A stretch of DNA of 64,000 bases from Bdellovibrionota bacterium FG-1 (GTDB lineage: Bacteria; Bdellovibrionota; UBA1018), in contig JBBCAW010000013.1 of the NCBI GenBank assembly GCA_051382295.1, positions 1 through 64,000 of the forward strand, given 5' to 3'. Position numbers and translations under genes: made by a program. Shown piece after piece: positions 26,228 to 36,272 of this stretch (within the stretch, counting starts at the first letter, position 1; every line of letters begins with the position of its first letter). Below the pieces are notes generated by a model. It was not told where the DNA came from, did not search any database, and was given only the letters and a program-made list of their open reading frames with translations.

Positions 26228-27622
26228 TCACTCCAAACCATAACGGCGACGTTTTCTCCAAAGGGTACTCAAATTAATGCCAAGAATGCCCGCTGCCTCC
26301 TCAAGCGTGGAAGCCGTCGCGAGAACATTTTGAATATGCTTCTTCTCGAGGTCTTCAAGACTGACATCTGAAGCCGTCATTGCTGATAGAGACGAGGCCC
26401 CAGGCAAGCTAGAACCCCCAACAGACCCTGAGCCCCAATTCGACTGCGCAAGCTGCTCTAAAAGGCGATCAGGAAGGTCCTCGACTGTTACAAGATCACC
26501 AGCGCAAAGAATCCCAGCCCGTTCAAGCGCGTTTTTTAATTCGCGGATATTACCCGGCCAGGGATAACTTTGGATCGCTTTTTTTGCATCCTCACTCAAT
26601 GGCCGGGGACTTCGCGCCGACGCTACAAACGCTCGCGTCAACAATTGATCCGCCAATGTTAAGATATCTTCGGACCGCTGCCGCAAAGAAGGCATGTGTA
26701 ACTCAATCACATTGAGCCGGAAATAAAGATCCTCTCGAAAACGTCCTTCTTTGACTTCTCTTTCCAGATCCTTATTGGTCGCCGCAATAATGCGCACATC
26801 CACTTTAACGGTGCGAGTGTCCCCCACTCTTTCAAATTCCCGGTCCTGTAAAAATCGCAAAAGTTTGGTCTGCAACCCCGGAGAGATTTCGCCAATTTCA
26901 TCCAAAAACACGGTTCCGGTGTCGGCCACCTGCAGCCGCCCCATCTTATCCTTAACCGCTCCCGTGAACGATCCCCGAACATGCCCAAATAACTCGGATT
27001 CTAAGAGGTTTTCCGAAAGAGTCGCGCAATTGACTACGGCAAAGGGTCCCTTTGCACGAGGACTTGCATCATGAATGTGTTTAGCCAGCAACGTTTTACC
27101 AGTACCGCTTTCACCCGTAATGAGGATGGTCGAATCAGTCACCGCTACTTTTTTTGCGATATCCAGCACTTTTTGCATGCGCGGATTTTTGGTCACAATG
27201 GCAGAAGGTTCAGATAACGCATCCACTTGGTAGCGCAGGCGACTATTTTCATCGCGTAATTTTCGGAATTCGTCAATTCGCTCGATCAAATGCTCGAGTT
27301 GTTCAGGAGTGAAGGGCTTGACCAAATAATCGTAAGCGCCATTTTTCATGGCGGATACAGCAGTGTCTATGGTCCCAAACGCGGTCATGATCACCACGGT
27401 CACAGTTGGGAAATATTCGCGAGCCTTACTCAATAAATCAAGACCACTCATGCCATCCATTCGTAAGTCAGTCAGCAAAACATCGGGCACTTGCCGTCTC
27501 ATCATATTCAGCGCCAACTCACCACTATCGGCAGTTTCGACCTCGTGGCCCATTGCCCTCACTGCGACCTCGATCGTACCACAAATATTTTTTTCGTCAT
27601 CGACCACTAAAATACGTGCCAC
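26228..27622 (-). CDS. sigma54-dependent response regulator (NtrC/AlgB-like)
   Basis: receiver domain, GESGTGKT, GSFTGA, WPGNIRELKN, C-terminal Fis-type HTH. Confidence 0.95.
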   Translation of the reverse strand: MARILVVDDEKNICGTIEVAVRAMGHEVETADSGELALNMMRRQVPDVLLTDLRMDGMSGLDLLSKAREYFPTVTVVIMTAFGTIDTAVSAMKNGAYDYLVKPFTPEQLEHLIERIDEFRKLRDENSRLRYQVDALSEPSAIVTKNPRMQKVLDIAKKVAVTDSTILITGESGTGKTLLAKHIHDASPRAKGPFAVVNCATLSENLLESELFGHVRGSFTGAVKDKMGRLQVADTGTVFLDEIGEISPGLQTKLLRFLQDREFERVGDTRTVKVDVRIIAATNKDLEREVKEGRFREDLYFRLNVIELHMPSLRQRSEDILTLADQLLTRAFVASARSPRPLSEDAKKAIQSYPWPGNIRELKNALERAGILCAGDLVTVEDLPDRLLEQLAQSNWGSGSVGGSSLPGASSLSAMTASDVSLEDLEKKHIQNVLATASTLEEAAGILGINLSTLWRKRRRYGLE

Positions 27623-27634
27623 AAAAGGCTCCTT

Positions 27635-29488
27635 TCAGGCTATTTGTACTTGTTTTTTGAAGGGCAAGGAAAAGCAAAACTCAGCACCCCGACCGGGTTC
27701 GCTGACCACCCAGATCCGTCCACCATGGGCGACAATAATTTCACGGGCAATCGCCAGCCCCACGCCCGCGCTTCCTGTTCGAGCAATGCGAAGATCGTAA
27801 TGAGGATTAAATTTATCAAAAATCCGCCCCTGTCGTTTGCGTTCAATCCCAGGCCCCGTATCTTTCACCCGGATTTCAATCTGATCCTCACAAACCTCGA
27901 GCTCAGCCTCCACGCGGCCTTTCGACGGGGTATGCCTTAATGCATTGGTGACTAAATTCGAAAGAGCCCATGAAATTTTCGAGGGATCGACTTCTACATA
28001 GAGCGAATGGATCTGATTTTTGGTAATTTTATCCACCAGCTCGACGCTTCTTTTACGGGCCTCGGGCTGAAATGACTGAACCGTATGCCGTAATAGCTTA
28101 GCCAAATCCGTCCGTTGCAACTCGAGGTGCTGCGTAATCGTTTCAAACTTCGAAACGGATAGCAAATCATCCAGCAAACCTCGCAACCGCTCCACATCAT
28201 CAATACAGGTAGAGATCAATGCCCGTTGCTGAGAATTTTCGATCGTATGGAGCGTGCGCTTCAAAAGTCGCGTCGCCATAATTAAGCTGGTCACGGGAGT
28301 TTTTACTTCATGCGAAAGCGTCCCTAAAAAATGTTGTTTTGCATCCTGCGCTTCCCGAACCAAAGTGACATCAGTAGCCACGACGATCATGTCAGCCTGA
28401 AATCGATCTACCCACTCATCGACCGATCTCATGGAGCTTTCGGCCTGCTCAATGACCTCGCTCGCTATGGGATAGGCTTGAATCAAGTAGTGAACTTTTC
28501 TAAACTCATCTTCAAGCGTAAACTCAACAGGCATCGTACGTGAAATAGCGGTTAAAACAGCCTTGGATCCTGGTCGTTCAACGTATTGGGCAAGCGAGAT
28601 CCCCTGGCCTACGGGAAAACCTAAGATCCCTTCGGCAACCGGATTCACATATAAGACATCTTCGCCCCGCATCAAAAAAACACCATCCGTGATGGACGCC
28701 GTAATAATGTCCGCCCGTCTCTTTTCAATCAGCAGCCGTCGTACATTCAAGGCCCTATAACACCGCAAACGTGACAAAAGACGGCTAAAACTTTTGGCCA
28801 CACTTCGGACTTCGGGAACCTCAGAATCGTCAAAACCTGGAACAAACTCAGGAAAATCCTCTTCGATCCATAAGGTGTCCAAAAAGCCCACTAAAGATGA
28901 AAGAGGGCGAACAATGGCCGAAACCGCTTTGAAGCTCGCAATCACAAATAGGCTGACAAAAACCGAAAAAAATCCCAGAAAAAAATAGATCTGCCGCCCC
29001 TGTTCATGGCGCAGTTTTTCAGCCTTGTAATAAGTGGTGGCCTGAATTCGATCCATCAGAGTGTCGACCGACCCCAGGAAATCCCGATAACTGGATTGCA
29101 ATAAAGCGTCTCGGCGTCCAGTTTCCGGACCTAATAGAACGCCAGCGTAGGTTTCGTATCTACTTATCACAAGTCGCGAGGATTCTTGAGATTGCCCTAA
29201 AAGTGACCGTTCCGAAAGCGCTCGAATCCGAGCCAAGTTATCGGCCGATTTCTCTTCCGCTAACGCTCCATGGTGAGTCGCTATGAGTACATCTCGAAGC
29301 CGGGTAACAGCAACCATTTGCTCCTGGGTCTGAATGGCCAGCTCCACCCCCAACAAAGTCGTTCGATGTCCTTGCCAGAACAAAGCCACACAAAAAAGAA
29401 GGGTGAGCACAAGAAGCCCGGTGAACACCAAGCCTAAACGCTCTTTTAGCGACAAATTGTTAACCGCTCGCACACGCCCCCCCAACAT
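27635..29488 (-). CDS. membrane sensor histidine kinase (KinB-like)
   Basis: two transmembrane helices, PAS-like region, SHEVKTP, NLVTNALRH, DTGPGI, GVGLAI; start approximate. Confidence 0.92.
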   Translation of the reverse strand: MLGGRVRAVNNLSLKERLGLVFTGLLVLTLLFCVALFWQGHRTTLLGVELAIQTQEQMVAVTRLRDVLIATHHGALAEEKSADNLARIRALSERSLLGQSQESSRLVISRYETYAGVLLGPETGRRDALLQSSYRDFLGSVDTLMDRIQATTYYKAEKLRHEQGRQIYFFLGFFSVFVSLFVIASFKAVSAIVRPLSSLVGFLDTLWIEEDFPEFVPGFDDSEVPEVRSVAKSFSRLLSRLRCYRALNVRRLLIEKRRADIITASITDGVFLMRGEDVLYVNPVAEGILGFPVGQGISLAQYVERPGSKAVLTAISRTMPVEFTLEDEFRKVHYLIQAYPIASEVIEQAESSMRSVDEWVDRFQADMIVVATDVTLVREAQDAKQHFLGTLSHEVKTPVTSLIMATRLLKRTLHTIENSQQRALISTCIDDVERLRGLLDDLLSVSKFETITQHLELQRTDLAKLLRHTVQSFQPEARKRSVELVDKITKNQIHSLYVEVDPSKISWALSNLVTNALRHTPSKGRVEAELEVCEDQIEIRVKDTGPGIERKRQGRIFDKFNPHYDLRIARTGSAGVGLAIAREIIVAHGGRIWVVSEPGRGAEFCFSLPFKKQVQIA

Positions 29489-29573
29489 TCTTGGCTGCCC
29501 CCTATAGCAGGAAAGATGTGGGGCTTCTATACACCTGCACACCCTTCAAATCAAAAATGCAGGACTACCGTAA

Positions 29574-29589
29574 CGCAAGCGGCGTACCG
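29574..29589 (-). promoter_or_regulatory. sigma54 promoter of the kinase-regulator operon
   Basis: CGGTAC-GCCGC-TTGCG on the minus strand; palindrome ATCGTG-N7-CACGAT at 29671-29689. Confidence 0.55.
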
Positions 29590-29707
29590 AAAACCAAAAA
29601 TCAATTATTCCAAACACTTACCCATTAAATGCGCCGGTTTTTGATAGAAACGACCTTAAGATTTTGAAGAATCGTGCGAATTTCACGATGCATTTTGAGT
29701 GATTCGG

Positions 29708-30091
29708 CTAGCGAAGCGCGGCCACACCGGGGGGACGCGTCCGAGCCGCTTGCCGCTCCTCATAAGACTGGCAATGGGCACAGAGCCGAGCTTCAGGCAA
29801 GACCATCAAACGACGCGCTGGAATTTCCTGACCACACGTCTCGCAAGTGCCAAAACCCCCCGCTGAGAGCTTGGACAGGGCCCTCTCAAGGGCGAGCAGC
29901 TCGCGACGCTCCTGCTCTTTGAGTGACGAATCCCGCCCCATTTGCTCGAAACTTTGGGCGAGGTCAATCATTTCTGACTGCTGGAGCATCTCCACACCCG
30001 TAACCCCTTCGTTGTTAACGGCGGATTGATCGATCGCCCGCCATCGTTGCATTAAAAGTTCTCGAACTCTTTCAATTGTGATTCCATCCAT
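29708..30091 (-). CDS. TraR/DksA C4-type zinc-finger protein
   Basis: coiled coil, FGTCETCGQEIPARRL...LCAHC; coiled-coil tip EMIDLA. Confidence 0.9.
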   Translation of the reverse strand: MDGITIERVRELLMQRWRAIDQSAVNNEGVTGVEMLQQSEMIDLAQSFEQMGRDSSLKEQERRELLALERALSKLSAGGFGTCETCGQEIPARRLMVLPEARLCAHCQSYEERQAARTRPPGVAALR

Positions 30092-30185
30092 AAATCTGCC
30101 AACCCTCCAGGCATGTGGGTCTCTCTGCGAGTTCTGTTCCATTTATTTTTCAAAAACGGAACACCCTTTGCTTTCTTAATCAGCA

Positions 30186-30788
30186 ATGTCACCCATCATT
30201 TTACGCCGATTCATGGAACGCCAGACAATTGACCCCAGCAGTCATGATCCCTACCGGCAAGCGAGTAAGCCCAGAGGGACGCCACGTTGCACGCAATGTG
30301 ACTCCATCAATATTCGCGGAAAATGGCTTCCTAATGCCGAAGGAATCCGCGAACTAAAAAAGCGTCGAGTGCGCTCAACAACCACCCTGCCTAAACTGAC
30401 TTGCCCCGCATGCCGGCAACTTCAGGACAAATTCGCGATGGGTGTCATTGAGTTCCGCGGTGAAAAATGGAAAGAGCAAGCAGACCAAGTTCTCGAAACG
30501 GTTGAGCGGACTGAGGAAATCGCACGGGCCCGCAATGACCAAGAGCGTCTGCTTTGGTCACGAACCTACCGGGGTGTCACAAAAATTTATGTCTCGCTGC
30601 CGGAGCTCGCTCGCCAGGTCGGTCGCACCCTCCAACGTACCTTCAAAGGGAAAGTAGAATACGTGAGGTCGACGGAAGAGCCCTACCTTCGCGTGGTCTG
30701 GAATTCGGACCAGGCAGCCACAAGAAGCCCTCGAAAGAAAGCTCCAGAAATTCGATCGCGCAAATGGAGAGGTCGAGGAGCTCGTTAA
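30186..30788 (+). CDS. BCAM0308-like zinc-binding protein
   Basis: HDPY...CTQC...GKW...CPACRQLQD...LRVVW. Confidence 0.75.
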   Translation: MSPIILRRFMERQTIDPSSHDPYRQASKPRGTPRCTQCDSINIRGKWLPNAEGIRELKKRRVRSTTTLPKLTCPACRQLQDKFAMGVIEFRGEKWKEQADQVLETVERTEEIARARNDQERLLWSRTYRGVTKIYVSLPELARQVGRTLQRTFKGKVEYVRSTEEPYLRVVWNSDQAATRSPRKKAPEIRSRKWRGRGAR

Positions 30789-31684
30789 AGCAATGATTGT
30801 AAATAACGACTCGACAACGGTCGTTTCATGACTCGGGCGAGGCGAAGACTGGTTTGGCTGAGCTTCTTTAAATCAACCCCGGTTTTAATACCCATTCCGT
30901 TCAGCATATAAATGAGATCTTCCGAGGCCAAATTGCCTGCCGCCCCCGGAGCAAACGGACAGCCCCCTAAACCCCCAGCCGACGCATCGACGATTTTAAC
31001 GCCTAACTCAAGGGCTCGGAGCGTATTGGCCAGTGCGGTTCCCCGAGTATCGTGAAAATGAACGGCTACGTTCTGAGAGTCACAGGCCCGAAGAGCCGGG
31101 GCAAGCACCTGATCGACGTCTTTAGGCGTTGCGACGCCGATGGTGTCGCCAATCGAAACCTGATCGACACCCAACTCGACAACACGCTCAATCACCTTGA
31201 GCGCCTTGCGCGCTGAAACCTTTCCCTCAAAAGGGCAACCAAAGGCCGTAGAAACATAGCCCCGAACCGAAATTCGATTTGCCCGTGCAAGCGCAATGAC
31301 CTCTTTAAACTCCGTCAAAGATTCCCGAATGGTCATGCCAATATTTCGCTGCGTAAAGGACTCAGTGGCGGCCGTAAAGACTGCCACATGCGTTGCCCCC
31401 GCCAAAAGCGCTCGTTCCATCCCCTTCACATTAGGCACTAAAGCCCAAACCTGAGCCCTGCCCAGCTTAAGCCTTCTCTCTCGAATGGCCGCATAAAGCT
31501 GCGCAGTATCGGCCATTTGAGGCACTCGATCGGGACGCACAAACGCTCCCACTTCTAAATGACGAACGCCTGCCTCCACAAGCCCACTGATAAATTTTAA
31601 TTTTTCAGTCGTAGAAATGGGTTGAGCCTCATTTTGTAAGCCATCCCGGGGGCCGACCTCAAAAAGTGTGATATCAGCCGCCAT
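30785..31684 (-). CDS. liuE: hydroxymethylglutaryl-CoA lyase
   Basis: EVGPRDGLQNE, HFHDTRG, GLGGCPFAPGAAGN. Confidence 0.95.
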   Translation of the reverse strand: MAADITLFEVGPRDGLQNEAQPISTTEKLKFISGLVEAGVRHLEVGAFVRPDRVPQMADTAQLYAAIRERRLKLGRAQVWALVPNVKGMERALLAGATHVAVFTAATESFTQRNIGMTIRESLTEFKEVIALARANRISVRGYVSTAFGCPFEGKVSARKALKVIERVVELGVDQVSIGDTIGVATPKDVDQVLAPALRACDSQNVAVHFHDTRGTALANTLRALELGVKIVDASAGGLGGCPFAPGAAGNLASEDLIYMLNGMGIKTGVDLKKLSQTSLRLARVMKRPLSSRYLQSLL

Positions 31685-32147
31685 TCCCCTCTCCTTCGAG
31701 AACGCTCATATCCAGAAACCGGTCGCCCGGCGCAAGCTGCTGCGCTTCTTTGACCAAGATGCGAGTTACCTTTCCAGAAAAAGGTGCTTTGATCGAAAAC
31801 TCCATCTTCATGGCCTCCACCAAAATCAAAGGTTCGCCTTCCTTCACACTCGCTCCCTCAGTAACCAAAATTTTGCGCACCTTTCCTGGAAACTGGGCCA
31901 CCAAATCTGCGTCACTCCCCGCCAATGCCCCCCCCGAGCTTCGAGCATCACGCACGATATCGCCATGAAAAAGAGCACCTCCCAGCGCAAAACTCAACTT
32001 GCCCCGCACTTCACTCATCATGAACCGTCGCCGCTCGCCGGACTCTGCTTCAGCGATCACCCAACCTCCGGGCCGAGGGGTAAACTTCCAACTTCCTGCC
32101 GCCGGAATTTCAACGCGTTTGCCAGAAATTTTAAAATACTCTTTCAT
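31674..32147 (-). CDS. biotin carboxyl carrier subunit
   Basis: EAMKME biotinylation motif. Confidence 0.9.
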   Translation of the reverse strand: MKEYFKISGKRVEIPAAGSWKFTPRPGGWVIAEAESGERRRFMMSEVRGKLSFALGGALFHGDIVRDARSSGGALAGSDADLVAQFPGKVRKILVTEGASVKEGEPLILVEAMKMEFSIKAPFSGKVTRILVKEAQQLAPGDRFLDMSVLEGEGNGG

Positions 32148-33616
32148 GAACCGCTCCCTAAACTCGGGATCTTCCAGGGTGAAGGAAATCCTGTTTTCCC
32201 CGAAGGATCGCGCTCACTCGATCCTGCCGCCCCGCTACGCCCTAAACCCGCTGTCCGTCCCGCTGCAACCAAGGCGAGCTCTCCCGGAGAAGGAATAGGC
32301 GCGAAGGAAGCAAACTCGGTCCCCAAAAATCCCGTATGGACACGCCCCTCAATGACCGCAGGGTGATCGGCCATAGCACGCAAATAGCTCTGATTCGTGC
32401 CCATTCCCAAAATCACGGTTTCATCCAGCGCAAAGCGCATCCGAGCCAAAGCGTGCTCACGAGTCGGCGCATGAACAATCAGCTTGGCCAACATCGAATC
32501 AAAAGAGGTCCCTACCTTTTGGCGTTCCTCGATCCCACTATCGACGCGAATTCCGGGTCCCGTAGGCCACTTGAGTCGCTCGATGGTTCCCGGCGTGGGC
32601 ATGAAATCCTGCGAAGGATCTTCGGCGTAAATCCGGACCTCAATCGCATGCCCGCGCACTGCTGGAATTTCTCGCAAAATCGTATCATTAGGCGCCATGG
32701 CCTGCGCGAGCTGCGCCCAGACGAGATCAATCCCGGTCACGCACTCCGTGACTGGATGCTCGACCTGAAGTCGTGTATTCATTTCGAGAAAATAAAAGCC
32801 ACCCTGTGCATCCACCAAAAACTCTAAAGTTCCGGCACTCCGATATTTCACGGCCTTCAAAAGCCGAAGAGAGGCCTCGAACAAACCTTCGCGCGTTTGA
32901 GCGGATAGATGAGGAGCGGTCGCTTCTTCCCATACTTTTTGATGGCGACGCTGAAGCGAACACTCGCGCTCATGTAAATGAATCCCCCCCCCTCGCCCAT
33001 CGCCAAAAACTTGGACCTCAATATGACGCGGCGCAAGCACGAGCCTTTCTAAAAAGAGCGTGCCATCTCCAAATGACGAAATCGCTTCAGCCGACGCACT
33101 CTCGGCAGCGTTCAGCAAATCCTCTTCGCGATCCACCCGCCGCATTCCTTTTCCGCCGCCGCCCGCCGAAGCCTTGAGCAGCAAAGGAAAGCCCACCTTC
33201 CGTGCGGCAATCCGGACGTCATCACCCTTTTCAACCCGAGCCCAGGGGAGCGTCGGCACGCCCGCGCGAGTGGCCAATTCTTTAGCGGCAATCTTACCGC
33301 CCATGGCCTCCATCGTCTCTGAGCGCGGTCCCACAAAAACCAAACCGGCCTTTTCAACGGCTTCTACAAAAGCCGGACGCTCCGACAGAAACCCATAGCC
33401 CGGATGAATGAGTCGCGCGCCCGATCGGCTTGCCGCCCCAACTACCGCTTGAATATCGAGGTAAGATGCCACGGTCTGGACTTCATCGGCATAAGTGAGA
33501 TGGCGAGCTTCTTCATCTCCCGGGGCGACAATCGCGACGGACTTCAAGCCCATTTCACGGCACGTTTGAAAAACCCGGCAGGCTATCTCAGCACGGTTGG
33601 CAACGAGGACTTTCAT
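32144..33616 (-). CDS. liuD: biotin carboxylase (methylcrotonyl-CoA carboxylase alpha, BC part)
   Basis: VANRAEIA, HPGYGFLSE, GGGGKGMR, EMNTRLQVEHPVTE. Confidence 0.9.
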   Translation of the reverse strand: MKVLVANRAEIACRVFQTCREMGLKSVAIVAPGDEEARHLTYADEVQTVASYLDIQAVVGAASRSGARLIHPGYGFLSERPAFVEAVEKAGLVFVGPRSETMEAMGGKIAAKELATRAGVPTLPWARVEKGDDVRIAARKVGFPLLLKASAGGGGKGMRRVDREEDLLNAAESASAEAISSFGDGTLFLERLVLAPRHIEVQVFGDGRGGGIHLHERECSLQRRHQKVWEEATAPHLSAQTREGLFEASLRLLKAVKYRSAGTLEFLVDAQGGFYFLEMNTRLQVEHPVTECVTGIDLVWAQLAQAMAPNDTILREIPAVRGHAIEVRIYAEDPSQDFMPTPGTIERLKWPTGPGIRVDSGIEERQKVGTSFDSMLAKLIVHAPTREHALARMRFALDETVILGMGTNQSYLRAMADHPAVIEGRVHTGFLGTEFASFAPIPSPGELALVAAGRTAGLGRSGAAGSSERDPSGKTGFPSPWKIPSLGSGS

Positions 33617-34431
33617 GATGGAGTCCCTAGCCAAGAAGGTTTGCGTTTTTCGAGAAAGGCTTTGACCCCTTCTTGGCCCTCTTCTGAAACCCTCAGATCA
33701 GCCAAGGTTTTTGCCACGTACTCCAAACAATCCCCGTTTTTAGCGCGACGCTCAGGCCACGAAAGATCCAAAACTAATTTTTTAGCGACCGCCATCGCAC
33801 CGGGGCCACACTGTAACACATTGACCAGCACTCGTTCGACGGCGGCCGGCAACGCTGCGGGATCAGCGACGACCTCATGAACGAGGCCGATCGATTTAGC
33901 CTTTTCAGCACTAAACCGCTCCGCGCTCATAAAGAGCCCGCGCGCATGTGAAGCGCCGATCTTGGCGATCACAAACGGACCGATGCAAGCCGGTACAATG
34001 CCGAGCCTGACCTCACTCAAACTCAATTGCGTTTCGCTCGAGGCAATCGCGATATCGCAAATACTCACTAACCCCACCCCGCCCCCAATGGCCGCCCCAT
34101 GAATGGCGCCAATCACGGGCTTAGGAAACTCATTGAGCAACGCAAACATCTTGGCCAGTTGACGGGTATCGCGCAAGTTTTCGCTGTAATCAAAGTGGAT
34201 GGCCTTCTTCATCCAGTTCAGATCTCCGCCCGCACAAAAAGCGGCGCCCTCGCCCCGGAGCACCACCACGCGAGTTTCTTTCTCGGTCGCTTGCCGAGTA
34301 AAAACGTCATGGAGTTCGTCGATCACGACGTCATTGAAAGCGTTTCGAACCTCGGGACGATTGAGGGCGACAGTCAACACCCCGCGAGGGTCCCGCGATA
34401 CCTGAAGAGTCTGATAAGGCAATTGAGTCAT
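33613..34431 (-). CDS. liuC: methylglutaconyl-CoA hydratase (crotonase family)
   Basis: NRPEVRNAF, FCAGGDL, AIGGGVGL, SEVRLG; liu gene context. Confidence 0.85.
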   Translation of the reverse strand: MTQLPYQTLQVSRDPRGVLTVALNRPEVRNAFNDVVIDELHDVFTRQATEKETRVVVLRGEGAAFCAGGDLNWMKKAIHFDYSENLRDTRQLAKMFALLNEFPKPVIGAIHGAAIGGGVGLVSICDIAIASSETQLSLSEVRLGIVPACIGPFVIAKIGASHARGLFMSAERFSAEKAKSIGLVHEVVADPAALPAAVERVLVNVLQCGPGAMAVAKKLVLDLSWPERRAKNGDCLEYVAKTLADLRVSEEGQEGVKAFLEKRKPSWLGTPS

Positions 34432-34518
34432 AGTAAGAGATTTCGTACCTCAATTGTGGGGTTGGGTAGAAACTAAAAATTACTTGTCTTTTCTTATCAA
34501 CTACTATATAACCGCCCC

Positions 34519-35334
34519 ATGTTTAGACTTATCCCTATCACGGCCCTCATCCTCTTGATCCTCACAGCCGGATTAGCCATTCAAGCCCACGCCGACCCTA
34601 TCGAAATGATCGAAGTCAAACCAGCCGCAGTCGAAGCCGGTAATGAGCTCTCATGGGGAGAATGCCCCTGCTTTCGGTGGACCATCCAAGTCCAAGCCGC
34701 CTCGGGCAAAATCGAGACCCAGTCTTTTCTGATCTCCTCGGAGGCACTCTTTCAATTTCGTGAAACCAACAGTGCCAATTTCACGCGCCAACAAAGCCAG
34801 CTTTTCAAAGCCGGCGCAATAGAAGCACTTTGGAAACAAGGCCACGTCGGCCTGAGCTTTGATGGAATCACTTGGGGCAATGATCGTGACCGCAGCTACG
34901 CAGATCTTTTGCGAACCGGCCTCTATGGCCTGATTCAAGTAGTTAAAACAGAAGCCGTCAGCCTGAAAATTCGCAGCGGCTATGTCTTTGAATCTGAGCG
35001 TGTCAATTATGGATCTCAGATTCACCGAGGCACGTTCGAACAGGCCGCGATCCTCAATTGGCATTCACGTCTTTGGAGCGGCCAGGTGAGTGCGCATGTC
35101 GGCTTTGATGATGGCCAATTTCTAGCGCCCTCGCAACCCCGCGTTGGAGCCGAAGTATCTACTCGAGTGCGCTTTCTGAAACTCAGAGATCTGGAAGCGG
35201 GTCTTAATTTTTCCACCTCGGTCGAACACGACCCCTTTCGCACAATCATGGGCCTAAACCCCGACAACCTCATCTTGGGCCTGTCGATGGATTTAACGTA
35301 TGACGTACTGGGAGAACCCAATGCGAATCCTTAA
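34519..35334 (+). CDS. secreted hypothetical protein, possibly a beta-rich outer-membrane protein
   Basis: signal peptide AHA-D; alternating-residue strands. Confidence 0.6.
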   Translation: MFRLIPITALILLILTAGLAIQAHADPIEMIEVKPAAVEAGNELSWGECPCFRWTIQVQAASGKIETQSFLISSEALFQFRETNSANFTRQQSQLFKAGAIEALWKQGHVGLSFDGITWGNDRDRSYADLLRTGLYGLIQVVKTEAVSLKIRSGYVFESERVNYGSQIHRGTFEQAAILNWHSRLWSGQVSAHVGFDDGQFLAPSQPRVGAEVSTRVRFLKLRDLEAGLNFSTSVEHDPFRTIMGLNPDNLILGLSMDLTYDVLGEPNANP

Positions 35335-36241
35335 TGGGAGCATCCTCCTGAGTGGCGCTTACGCGGCCCTCTTGCTCTCTGGCTGCGTTCAACAAGATTA
35401 TTATTCGCAAGTTCTTCAGGACTGCAATTATCCTGTCAAAAATCTAGGCACCCACATTCCTGACTCAAAACAAACCGAGACCACACTCACTGACGCATGC
35501 AAAACGGCGCTAGAAGCGATCCTTCCCTACGACGACAGCTTTCAAAATGCACCCACGGGCTTCAAAGACAAAGTCACTGAAGCCTTTCAAGCTTTGATCG
35601 CCTATCCGTTACTCATTCCCAAGGAAAACACGCTCCTAGGCGTGGCCCCTGTCCCCGCGGGCGCTATTGACATGGACCTAATCGACCTTTTTAAGGATTA
35701 TTCCAACCCCAACCAGAGCCTTTTTAACTCTGTTTTGAATCAATTTCGAACCATCACCTTTAGCTCAGATACCAGTTTGCACGCCGACGCGGCATGGGGT
35801 CCCGATGCCGACACCCTCTTTATCAATGGGTCTTTGACGATTTATCCGCCGTTTTGGAACCCTAAATCTTTGCCAGAAGCCTTTGTTAACCCCTTTAATC
35901 GAGCTTCCACGCTTGTGCACGAATCACGACATGCCAACCATTTTGATCACATCGCTTGTAACGATCCGAACTCTCCAGGGTTACGTTGCGACTACGACCT
36001 CAAGGGCGCATGGGGGTTTTCGATCACCTATTTGCACTATCTCCTTCAAGGATCACCCGATCTCCCCCCGGCCAACGTGGCCTTTATAGGAGTCACCCTG
36101 GTCGACATCCTGAAACGCCACGTGAACCACCCATTCTCAGAATTGGCTGATATCATTAGCAAAATAACACCCTTGAACGTAACGGCAGATTGGGTCAGAG
36201 AACACGAAGGATTACCGCCGTATACAAAAAATACCGATTGA
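35321..36241 (+). CDS. lipoprotein with a HExxH metallopeptidase-like motif
   Basis: lipobox LSGC; RASTLVHESRH...HIAC. Confidence 0.7.
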   Translation: MRILNGSILLSGAYAALLLSGCVQQDYYSQVLQDCNYPVKNLGTHIPDSKQTETTLTDACKTALEAILPYDDSFQNAPTGFKDKVTEAFQALIAYPLLIPKENTLLGVAPVPAGAIDMDLIDLFKDYSNPNQSLFNSVLNQFRTITFSSDTSLHADAAWGPDADTLFINGSLTIYPPFWNPKSLPEAFVNPFNRASTLVHESRHANHFDHIACNDPNSPGLRCDYDLKGAWGFSITYLHYLLQGSPDLPPANVAFIGVTLVDILKRHVNHPFSELADIISKITPLNVTADWVREHEGLPPYTKNTD

Positions 36242-36272
36242 AAACCTCTGCTTTAGTGAGTAGCTGTGGCGT

